A stretch of DNA of 64,000 nucleotides from a phage: the sequence record OZ346219.1; one strand, written 5' to 3'. The translations under genes and the position numbers were made by a program. Of the stretch, positions 8,824 through 15,675 are shown piece after piece. The notes beneath the pieces were generated by a model. The model saw nothing but the letters and a program-made list of their open reading frames with translations, was not told the origin of the DNA and did not search any database. How positions within the stretch are numbered: position 1 is the first letter of the stretch; the number at the start of each line of letters is the position of its first letter.

Positions 8824-9582
8824 TTACTTGCAAACGTATTGATCTACATCAATTGCGCCACCGAATGTAGGATGACGTTTTTCAAATCGAATAGTTCCGT
8901 CGTTTGGTTCGAAAACGGAGTATTCATATAGATCTTTCTTACCAACATTCTTATAAAACCCGCCTTTAGTCATAACGGTTTCTTGTACGTTTGCTTTGTG
9001 TACGTTGTATTCATCAATGTATACAAAATCAACCATCTTCCCATTTTTAATGGTTACTTTAAGATCTCCTGGTTGATTTCCATATTTGGCATACAGTGGC
9101 GCTTCTTTAATTTTTGTGGAAATTCCATCTTTCATACTCCACTCATAACGAACGGTGCATTGATAGGTAAAAGTTTCGACCTTCGGTTCTTCTACCACTT
9201 TTGCTTCCTGTTTCGGTTGTTCTTCTTCAACCTTCGCAGAAGTCTCTGAATCGCTTTCTGACGCGGTTTCTTCTTTAGGTAATACATTCATCAAGTTTTG
9301 GATTTGAGCGTTGTATACAGCCTCCAGTGGCTGAATCTGCCCGATATTGATCATTGTGTCACGAACAGTTTTATTCCAGTTTCGTTGCTCTTGTTTCAGA
9401 GACGGATCAATCTTAACAGCCTTAACATACACCTCATGAAGTTTAGAGTCCAGTGCGGAGATAGACTCATTAGCACAAATAAACTTCTCTGATTTGGTAG
9501 TAGCTTTAGCGCAATCAAAGGACGCAGCGTTAGCACCGAAAGCAGTAGCAGAAAGAACGATAGCAGCGATAATGTTTTTCAT
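8824..9582 (-). CDS. secreted protein with N-terminal LprI/DUF1311-like (lysozyme-inhibitor-type) domain
   Basis: Signal peptide MKNIIAAIVLSATAFGANA; then SFDCAKATTKSEKFICANESISALDSKLHEVY matching the C-x-x-A-x-T-x-x-E-x-x-I-C...LD..L...Y DUF1311 signature; own promoter and RBS GAGGAA. Confidence 0.6.
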   Translation of the reverse strand: MKNIIAAIVLSATAFGANAASFDCAKATTKSEKFICANESISALDSKLHEVYVKAVKIDPSLKQEQRNWNKTVRDTMINIGQIQPLEAVYNAQIQNLMNVLPKEETASESDSETSAKVEEEQPKQEAKVVEEPKVETFTYQCTVRYEWSMKDGISTKIKEAPLYAKYGNQPGDLKVTIKNGKMVDFVYIDEYNVHKANVQETVMTKGGFYKNVGKKDLYEYSVFEPNDGTIRFEKRHPTFGGAIDVDQYVCK

Positions 9583-9616
9583 AATATATTCCTCAGTGTT
9601 TTGTCTTGATGGGAGT

Positions 9617-9645
9617 ATCTTACTACTCCCTTAATCCGGTGTCAA
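9617..9645 (-). promoter_or_regulatory. sigma70-type early promoter (TTGACA-17-TAAGAT) with -10 inside a GGGAGTA/TACTCCC palindrome
   Basis: Read on the minus strand: TTGACAccggattaagggagtagTAAGATactccc, then RBS and ATG of 8824-9582. Confidence 0.55.
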
Positions 9646-9652
9646 CTACTTT

Positions 9653-9808
9653 TTAAATTTCTTCTACAGTAAAGTCTTCAATGTTGTTGTGCTCGGAGAA
9701 CGTTGCCAGACCAGCATTCCATGCATCATCCTCAGAGAAGAATACACCGTAACGTTCATATCCTTTAGCGCCTTCAAATTTAACCATTAATTTGTGAGTA
9801 TGTTTCAT
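9653..9808 (-). CDS. hypothetical small protein (51 aa; start moved to internal ATG downstream of promoter)
   Basis: The promoter at 9840-9868 lies inside the longer track ORF; RBS AGGAGA precedes the ATG at 9808. Confidence 0.4.
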   Translation of the reverse strand: MKHTHKLMVKFEGAKGYERYGVFFSEDDAWNAGLATFSEHNNIEDFTVEEI

Positions 9809-9839
9809 TTTGATTCTCCTTCGTTGTCTTGATGAGTTT

Positions 9840-9868
9840 AGTATAGGGGATCGCCGATCCCCTGTCAA
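9840..9868 (-). promoter_or_regulatory. early promoter TTGACA-17-TATACT whose spacer is the palindrome GGGGATCGGCGATCCCC (two GATC sites)
   Basis: Seen on the minus strand: TTGACAggggatcggcgatccccTATACT. Confidence 0.55.
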
Positions 9869-9882
9869 CCAGTTTTTAGAAA

Positions 9883-10143
9883 TTATTTTCGCCATTCACC
9901 TGAAACAATGAAGTTTGTAAAGTGATTGTGGTCCGTGATAATGTCATTAAGTACCATATGCGGATATGCTTTAGTGTAATCACGTTTACGATCAGTCATC
10001 CAACCAACGAAAGTCGGTGCAAAGTACGGCACACCGTCAGACGATGCCATATTAAACCCTTTGTCAGCCATAAATGCAGCCGCCCTAAGATTTTTAATTG
10101 AAGTAGTGCGACTAATTTCAAAAACTTTATCGGTAAAATTCAT
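9883..10143 (-). CDS. hypothetical protein (~86 aa; track ORF extends to 10164)
   Basis: ATG at 10143 lies just after the upstream stop with a G-rich RBS; the alternative start at 10164 overlaps the upstream gene. Confidence 0.4.
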   Translation of the reverse strand: MNFTDKVFEISRTTSIKNLRAAAFMADKGFNMASSDGVPYFAPTFVGWMTDRKRDYTKAYPHMVLNDIITDHNHFTNFIVSGEWRK

Positions 10144-10144
10144 T

Positions 10145-10354
10145 TTAAGCCCCCGCTCGTGCATTAATACGCATTTTCTGCATAGCCATGATCTGGCTTA
10201 CTGCTTCTTCTTTACGTTCTTGCGTGATAACGTGACCAGATTCCGCAAACTCTCCCGCAACTTCTTCTACAATCTCGCGAACTTGAGAACGTCCAAAGAT
10301 GCGGTTTCCTTCGTAGCTCATAAATTCAGTCACTACTTGCTCAATAGATTTCAT
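10145..10354 (-). CDS. hypothetical protein (69 aa)
   Basis: Preceded by promoter 10387-10415 and RBS AAGGGGAA. Confidence 0.45.
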   Translation of the reverse strand: MKSIEQVVTEFMSYEGNRIFGRSQVREIVEEVAGEFAESGHVITQERKEEAVSQIMAMQKMRINARAGA

Positions 10355-10386
10355 GTGATTCCCCTTCTTTCGTTTGGTATGGGAGT

Positions 10387-10415
10387 ATATTACTACTCCC
10401 GTTTCTTTACGTCAA
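10387..10415 (-). promoter_or_regulatory. early promoter TTGACG-17-TAATAT with GGGAGTA/TACTCCC palindrome around -10
   Basis: Minus strand: TTGACGtaaagaaacgggagtagTAATATactccc. Confidence 0.5.
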
Positions 10416-10422
10416 CTCGTTT

Positions 10423-10665
10423 TTAGAAATTTTTCGCTTCTTCTTCGGTCATCATAACCGCGCATTCGTGCATAACTTTGAAAACCGGATCAATCATGTC
10501 GAATGCTTCGCGGGACAGTTTACGAGAAGCGATTTTGATTGCTTCTACGTCTTCTACTACAGGAACAAAAACAGTTTTCAGTTCGTCGAGGACGGCAGCT
10601 TCTTTTTCATTCAGGAAGATCCCAGCGTCGTACAGTGCAACTTCGATAACATTAACTTTAACCAT
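10423..10665 (-). CDS. hypothetical protein (80 aa; start at MVKVNV...)
   Basis: RBS GGAGGA 7 nt upstream of the ATG at 10665; promoter 10699-10727 upstream. Confidence 0.45.
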   Translation of the reverse strand: MVKVNVIEVALYDAGIFLNEKEAAVLDELKTVFVPVVEDVEAIKIASRKLSREAFDMIDPVFKVMHECAVMMTEEEAKNF

Positions 10666-10698
10666 TTTTATTTCCTCCAGTTCGTTTCGGTATGGGAG

Positions 10699-10727
10699 TA
10701 TAATACTACCGATGACCTTTGGCGTCA
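10699..10727 (-). promoter_or_regulatory. early promoter TTGACG-17-TATTAT (degenerate palindrome copy)
   Basis: Minus strand: TTGACGccaaaggtcatcggtagTATTATactccc; overlaps the last codons of 10706-10930. Confidence 0.45.
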
Positions 10728-10930
10728 ACTAGTTTTTTGTTATTTTCGTGAAATTTTTTCGTCGCCTCATGTGCTTTTCGCTGGGCTTCTTGTTGTGCTT
10801 GCTGGCGTGCTGCCTCTTGCGATGCCATAACAGACGCATTTGCAGCAGTTACAGCCGCGACCATCGCTGCGGTATTAGCATTTACCGTACATGCACTAGC
10901 CAGCAAAGCAATCGCAATCATTTTCTTCAT
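10706..10930 (-). CDS. small secreted protein (74 aa), signal peptide plus Ala/Gln-rich region
   Basis: N-terminus MKKMIAIALLASACTVNA is signal-peptide-like; low-complexity body, so coding status is uncertain. Confidence 0.35.
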   Translation of the reverse strand: MKKMIAIALLASACTVNANTAAMVAAVTAANASVMASQEAARQQAQQEAQRKAHEATKKFHENNKKLVDAKGHR

Positions 10931-11166
10931 AGTTTCCCCTTTAGGTTATCTTCGACCTTCACCCATTCCGCGTATTCTTGCGCGGCTACTTTCGGATTTA
11001 GGCCATCTTCGTACATTGCATCAAGTAATTCTTTGTCGGTTGGCTTATACCCTAGATAAGCCTCCACCTGATTTTTCCAAATTTTATACCAGTTCATATT
11101 ATCACCAATCAAGAGCGCGTGTCCCTGCGTCTTCCCATGCTTGATCCATAACAGCCTTGAAAACAT
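10927..11166 (-). CDS. hypothetical protein (79 aa; possible internal start at 11097)
   Basis: Track ORF; the alternative ATG at 11097 directly follows the upstream stop. Confidence 0.4.
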   Translation of the reverse strand: MFSRLLWIKHGKTQGHALLIGDNMNWYKIWKNQVEAYLGYKPTDKELLDAMYEDGLNPKVAAQEYAEWVKVEDNLKGKL

Positions 11167-11374
11167 ATTCTAGAGTATCATCTTTAGAGAATCCGAAGAC
11201 TTTAGACGGAATATCTTCGATTGCTACTCCCGCAACTTCTGCATTACGCGCTTGGCAATAATGCAACTCTAAGTTATCGAGATAGCGACCGCCTAATTTC
11301 TCCATATCATCCCAGCATTTCCAGTAACCTACTTTATCTGCAATTGCCAACACTTTGCTGTTTTCGTTGTTCAT
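11102..11374 (-). CDS. hypothetical protein (90 aa; start at MNNENSKV...)
   Basis: Promoter 11396-11424 and RBS AGGAGA precede the ATG at 11374. Confidence 0.45.
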   Translation of the reverse strand: MNNENSKVLAIADKVGYWKCWDDMEKLGGRYLDNLELHYCQARNAEVAGVAIEDIPSKVFGFSKDDTLEYVFKAVMDQAWEDAGTRALDW

Positions 11375-11395
11375 CTTTGATTCTCCTTTTGTTTG

Positions 11396-11424
11396 GTATG
11401 GGTGTATTATGCAATGTTGGATTC
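11396..11424 (-). promoter_or_regulatory. early promoter TTGACT-17-CATAAT
   Basis: Minus strand: TTGACTtacagaatccaacattgCATAAT, followed by RBS and ATG. Confidence 0.45.
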
Positions 11425-11484
11425 TGTAAGTCAACAACTTTTTAAAATAAAAAAGCCGACCACACGGATCGGCTTAATAATCAG

Positions 11485-11880
11485 TTACTTACTAAATTTC
11501 TTTTTGGCTTCGTCTACTGCATGAGATGCCAGCACCGCTGCCGCATGTGCACTTTTATCTGTGTTGCATAGAACACCCAGATAAACATCACGCCAAAGTT
11601 TAATCATCTCGTAGATCATATCAATATCATTTTCTTGTTTGTTGGCGATACTATTCGTCGTTATCTGGTAAGGCAACGGCTTGATCTGTACTGGTTCCGC
11701 CATCGGGCTAATCGGTTTAGGATCAGTCATAATAGGTGCTGTTGTTGGTGGTGTTTTCCATACGCCATTATTCCACGGTTTAATCGTTGTATCGTAAAGT
11801 TTATAAGGATTTTTGTCTGGGTCAACCATCCATGCATGATGAGTACCCAAACCATTTGAAGTAATGCGTCGTTCAGTCAT
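11485..11880 (-). CDS. hypothetical protein (131 aa)
   Basis: Track ORF, packed array. Confidence 0.45.
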   Translation of the reverse strand: MTERRITSNGLGTHHAWMVDPDKNPYKLYDTTIKPWNNGVWKTPPTTAPIMTDPKPISPMAEPVQIKPLPYQITTNSIANKQENDIDMIYEMIKLWRDVYLGVLCNTDKSAHAAAVLASHAVDEAKKKFSK

Positions 11881-12082
11881 ACTTTCCCTCCAAAAATTCT
11901 TTCATCAAATAGTCTATCGTTGCTCTGTGTTCTGGTGTGTTTGTTATCTCTGCTAACTTGTTCAGAGATTCAATAGTGATCCGGTTGGCTTCTTCCATAG
12001 TCTCAACGACCATCGGTACAATCTTTTTATTGTTGTACACGAAAGCCACATAACCGCCTTCTGGATATTCTTTCATAATCAA
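11873..12082 (-). CDS. hypothetical protein (69 aa)
   Basis: Track ORF, start overlaps the gp52 stop. Confidence 0.4.
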   Translation of the reverse strand: MIMKEYPEGGYVAFVYNNKKIVPMVVETMEEANRITIESLNKLAEITNTPEHRATIDYLMKEFLEGKYD

Positions 12083-13440
12083 CCCTTCTTAAGTTCTTTA
12101 AGATCTTTCTTATATTCCTTCATTGCGGTCGTCTTTGTCCAATACTCATATTCACTATGATGTTTATCGGCATCTTTGACCAGTCGATCATACTCTTCTT
12201 GAGTAACGCTATACAATGGCATAGAAACGAGCTTATCGGCATATGGGCGAAGTTTTTCATGTTCATTGATGGATTGCATTACCTCGGCCTTTTTCTTGCC
12301 CTGTAGCTCGATTTCGCCCTTAATTACGCGGTCTATAAATTCAGCTTTAGCCATTGCATAATTGTATGCTTCCAGTGTTTCCGCTTGCATCAATTCAATG
12401 CGTTTATCTACATAGCCTAATCGGATTTCGACGAATCGACGGATCAGATCGCTCGCTTTCTCGAATACTTCTACTAAACCACGTTCGTTAACTACTACGA
12501 TATTCTGGGCTACTAACTGCGTTAGTTTAAAATCCTTCATGATTTGCTCATGTCGAGCGGATTCATCTTCGCTTTTGAAATAATCGCGTTTCAGTGTTAC
12601 TTCAAATCTGAATCCGTCCTTAGAGCAACGGTCATTATACGATACAATCAGATCTTTTTCTTCCAGTGCATCCAGTACCGCTACATATTCTTCACGGTCG
12701 AACTTATAAGGAACTTCTGATATTGTCAGCTTAGTCTTGCCGTTTAGTTCATATGTACCCTCAAGAATCACACCATCGCGGTCATCACGAGGGATAACTT
12801 TACCCGTGAATTTCGGGAATTGAACACTAGGTTCTTTATCCAGTTTTCCGGCAAGTGCTAGCTCTGTGCATTCAATAAGGCTTTCCAGTGAATGCGGTAA
12901 AATGTCAGTTTTATACCCTGTAGCAATACCACTAATACCATTAGCCAATACCATTGGCACAACTGGCAAGTAGAACGCTGGCGGGATGTGTTCCAGATCT
13001 TCGTGCTTAGGTGCGCAATTCATATCTTTATAGATTTTAAAGAAGTTTTCATGCACACGAGCAAAGATATAACGTGCTGCACCTGCTTTCTGGACTAAAC
13101 GAGATCCGAAGTTACCTTGACCGTCAAGCAGTGGAGTATTATTGCTCCATGTATTCGCCATGAGTGATCCGGCTTCTACGGCATTAGTTTCCCCGTGGTG
13201 ATACCCCAACTCAGCAACACCAGATCCAATATCTGCCATCTTACGGAATTTCTTACGGTCGCCTTTACTCTTTTGAAGTGCGCACTCCATAACAAAGCGT
13301 TGTACTGGTTTAAGCCCATCTACCAATTGAGGAATCCCGCGTTCCTCGGCAGAATAGATCGCATATTCCTTAGCTTCATTATGTACAATGCTTTCAAGGC
13401 TGCGGTAAGTAACTGATTTATTCATCTTCACCTCATACAC
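12079..13440 (-). CDS. gp52: DNA topoisomerase II medium subunit gp52 (GyrA-like)
   Basis: 453 aa; ...PQLVDGLKPVQRFV...GYHHGE...LLDGQGNFGS... are GyrA/ParC N-terminal motifs and match recalled T4 gp52. Confidence 0.85.
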   Translation of the reverse strand: MYEVKMNKSVTYRSLESIVHNEAKEYAIYSAEERGIPQLVDGLKPVQRFVMECALQKSKGDRKKFRKMADIGSGVAELGYHHGETNAVEAGSLMANTWSNNTPLLDGQGNFGSRLVQKAGAARYIFARVHENFFKIYKDMNCAPKHEDLEHIPPAFYLPVVPMVLANGISGIATGYKTDILPHSLESLIECTELALAGKLDKEPSVQFPKFTGKVIPRDDRDGVILEGTYELNGKTKLTISEVPYKFDREEYVAVLDALEEKDLIVSYNDRCSKDGFRFEVTLKRDYFKSEDESARHEQIMKDFKLTQLVAQNIVVVNERGLVEVFEKASDLIRRFVEIRLGYVDKRIELMQAETLEAYNYAMAKAEFIDRVIKGEIELQGKKKAEVMQSINEHEKLRPYADKLVSMPLYSVTQEEYDRLVKDADKHHSEYEYWTKTTAMKEYKKDLKELKKG

Positions 13441-13795
13441 GCTTACAAATCACATTCTTTACTTTATCAGATTTATCCGCCCAATCCAATAGCCATTTTA
13501 ACGGAAGGATTGAAACAATAAACGGGGCAGCAATCAAAGCAAACATGATACACCTGATAATCAGGAAAACGCAAGTGACAAAACTAGCGATAGTGATCCC
13601 GACAAAACAAAATACCATAGAAAACAGAGTAATGATATAGAAAGGCCAGAATACCCACTCCCGCATCTTAACGCCTTTGTATTCTCTGAATTGCTTAAAA
13701 TCTACAAACAACTCTCGGATAGACGCGTACAGGACCGAAAAATCATCTTTCATTGCTCTGAATGAGCAATCTTCTATTTTAGAATGACCTAGCAT
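13433..13795 (-). CDS. small integral membrane protein (120 aa, 2-3 predicted TM helices)
   Basis: Long hydrophobic stretches (FYIITLFSMVFCFVGITIASFVTCVFLIIRCIMFALIAAPFIVSIL). Confidence 0.45.
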   Translation of the reverse strand: MLGHSKIEDCSFRAMKDDFSVLYASIRELFVDFKQFREYKGVKMREWVFWPFYIITLFSMVFCFVGITIASFVTCVFLIIRCIMFALIAAPFIVSILPLKWLLDWADKSDKVKNVICKRV

Positions 13796-13797
13796 TA

Positions 13798-14091
13798 TTA
13801 ACCGCCTTTCATCATTGATACTGGAATTGTTTTCTGATTTGTGTATAACTGGCCTACTTCAATTTTTTCTTGAATCACCACGACGTTACAATATCCACTG
13901 TCTTTAAGTTTTCTGATAATGTCTCGCTTTTGTTCGTCGGTGATAGGATTGACGGTTCTCACCAATTCACCGCAAATAATAGCACCATCTTTACAATTAC
14001 CAGTAACTTTCATGCTACGACCGTGAACAACAACCACATCACCGTAAATCACATTTTCGTCGTCGTATTTGGTAATAATCGTGACCGTCAT
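13798..14091 (-). CDS. hypothetical protein (97 aa)
   Basis: Track ORF. Confidence 0.4.
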   Translation of the reverse strand: MTVTIITKYDDENVIYGDVVVVHGRSMKVTGNCKDGAIICGELVRTVNPITDEQKRDIIRKLKDSGYCNVVVIQEKIEVGQLYTNQKTIPVSMMKGG

Positions 14092-14100
14092 AATGTTATT

Positions 14101-14130
14101 CCCTCTAAGAAAGGCCGCGCAAAGCGGCCT
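14101..14130 (-). terminator. stem-loop (AGGCCGC-gcaaa-GCGGCCT) with flanking T-rich tracts
   Basis: 7-bp perfect inverted repeat between two minus-strand genes; T-rich on both sides. Confidence 0.4.
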
Positions 14131-14137
14131 ATGTTTA

Positions 14138-14470
14138 TTATTGTTCTACAGTATAGCCGTTGTTTTCAAGCCATGCAATAACAATCTTTTCGCCAATTTC
14201 ATCGAGCATTTCATCAGCGCCATATTCTTTAATGAAAGTCGATGGATCATTATTGCTTACTACGTGCTGGATCACAACATGTTCAGGAATTGCGTCTAGC
14301 AGTTCGCTATGATCATACTCATTAACGATATCTTCAACACTAACATTATTAACCAAATCAACATCATCCATAGTCACAGTAACGCGACCGGACGGACGCA
14401 ATGAATATTGGCTACTTTCAACTTCAACATGTGCACTTTCGCAAGTAACTTTCATATCAACCATAATCAA
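14138..14470 (-). CDS. highly acidic hypothetical protein (110 aa)
   Basis: By my count ~23 Asp/Glu versus ~5 Lys/Arg. Confidence 0.45.
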   Translation of the reverse strand: MIMVDMKVTCESAHVEVESSQYSLRPSGRVTVTMDDVDLVNNVSVEDIVNEYDHSELLDAIPEHVVIQHVVSNNDPSTFIKEYGADEMLDEIGEKIVIAWLENNGYTVEQ

Positions 14471-14478
14471 TTCCTCTG

Positions 14479-15480
14479 TTAGTAATGGCTAAAACCTTCG
14501 GTCACATCTTCAACCACATAGTAACGATGACAGCGCATTTTGGCATTCGCATAATCTTTCGGGATACTTACAACGTGACGCGGATCAACTTTGCATTTAA
14601 TGATTCGGCCTCGCCCACCGCCATAGTGCGGAATGTAGTGTTTCGCTGCAACGTGGAGGCCATTAGAGCAAGTGCGGTCATCATCTGGGTCCACGTCTTT
14701 ACGCTTCATTTTAACCGTGCGCCCTGGGCTATTATCAAACGTATGCGTAAAGAAATCTTTATAATCAACATCAACACGTTTCCATGCATAGAAACAACCG
14801 TCTTCCACGATCTCAATGTCGTTGTGCTCTAAGAAGTCAAACAGACGATCTACCGCCTTACGGCTAGGGTTTTTCTTGCACTTCTCAAAGAAGTTCAGAT
14901 AGTGCGTATATGGCTTATTCTCTTTAATCGACTCCACAACTCGACGAGTCAGATTATTATCAAGAACAATATTATGATAATACACAATACCATTTTCGAT
15001 ACGGAAAGCGCCGTGATAATATACTTCAACCGCTTTCTTAATGTCAATCAGCGTAATTGCTTTAATAAAATCATTCTTCTTAACTGCTTCCAGTGCTTCC
15101 TTAAAGTTAACATGTGATGGATCAGCAGTATAAACAATGTCACCACATGTAATAGTAATAAACTTAGTTGAGGCTATGGCTACGATTTTTGAGGAAGTAG
15201 TCACGGGCTTTTTTGCGCGTTCACCGCCTTTTCCTTTACTGGTTTTACGGCGTGCTTTACGTTTTTCTAGTGCCTTGCGACCTTCCGCTACTGCGTCTTT
15301 CTGAATCAGTAATACACGGGAGGCAGTGCGACGAGATACACCAAATGCTGCCGCAAGTGCTTCGCGGGTAGTAAACTTACCTTCTCCCCACTGTTTAGCC
15401 AGTTTGATTTGTTTCGCAGAATCCAGACATTGAACGTTACGGTCAGAGACGGTGATTTTTGCTTTAGTCATAGTATTCAT
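14479..15480 (-). CDS. rIIB: rIIB protein (probable true start at ATG 15471, MTKAKITV...)
   Basis: C-terminal half (PSRKAVDRLFDFLEHNDIEIVEDGCFYAWK...FDNSPGRTVKM...DDRTCSNGLHV...VVEDVTEGF) matches recalled T4 rIIB; lies next to rIIA. Confidence 0.85.
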   Translation of the reverse strand: MNTMTKAKITVSDRNVQCLDSAKQIKLAKQWGEGKFTTREALAAAFGVSRRTASRVLLIQKDAVAEGRKALEKRKARRKTSKGKGGERAKKPVTTSSKIVAIASTKFITITCGDIVYTADPSHVNFKEALEAVKKNDFIKAITLIDIKKAVEVYYHGAFRIENGIVYYHNIVLDNNLTRRVVESIKENKPYTHYLNFFEKCKKNPSRKAVDRLFDFLEHNDIEIVEDGCFYAWKRVDVDYKDFFTHTFDNSPGRTVKMKRKDVDPDDDRTCSNGLHVAAKHYIPHYGGGRGRIIKCKVDPRHVVSIPKDYANAKMRCHRYYVVEDVTEGFSHY

Positions 15481-15532
15481 TCCTCTAATAGTGGGCGACT
15501 CTCGCCGCCCGATTCACATCATTATACCAGAA

Positions 15533-15664
15533 TTATTTTGCTTCTACAACCTTGCGGATTGTGCGGTCTGATACATTATAGATTCGTGCCAGTTCGCCTT
15601 TAGTCAAGCCGCGAGCGTATTGTTTACGGATGGTTTCTTTCTGGATAGCGGTCAGTTTAGTCAT
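15533..15664 (-). CDS. small HTH-like ORF (43 aa) between rIIA and rIIB; not in the ORF track (<60 aa)
   Basis: Hand-translated on the minus strand: MTKLTAIQKETIRKQYARGLTKGELARIYNVSDRTIRKVVEAK; resembles the rIIB N-terminus (MTKAKI...TTREALAAAFGVSRRTASRVL). Confidence 0.4.
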   Translation of the reverse strand: MTKLTAIQKETIRKQYARGLTKGELARIYNVSDRTIRKVVEAK

Positions 15665-15675
15665 AATATCACCTC

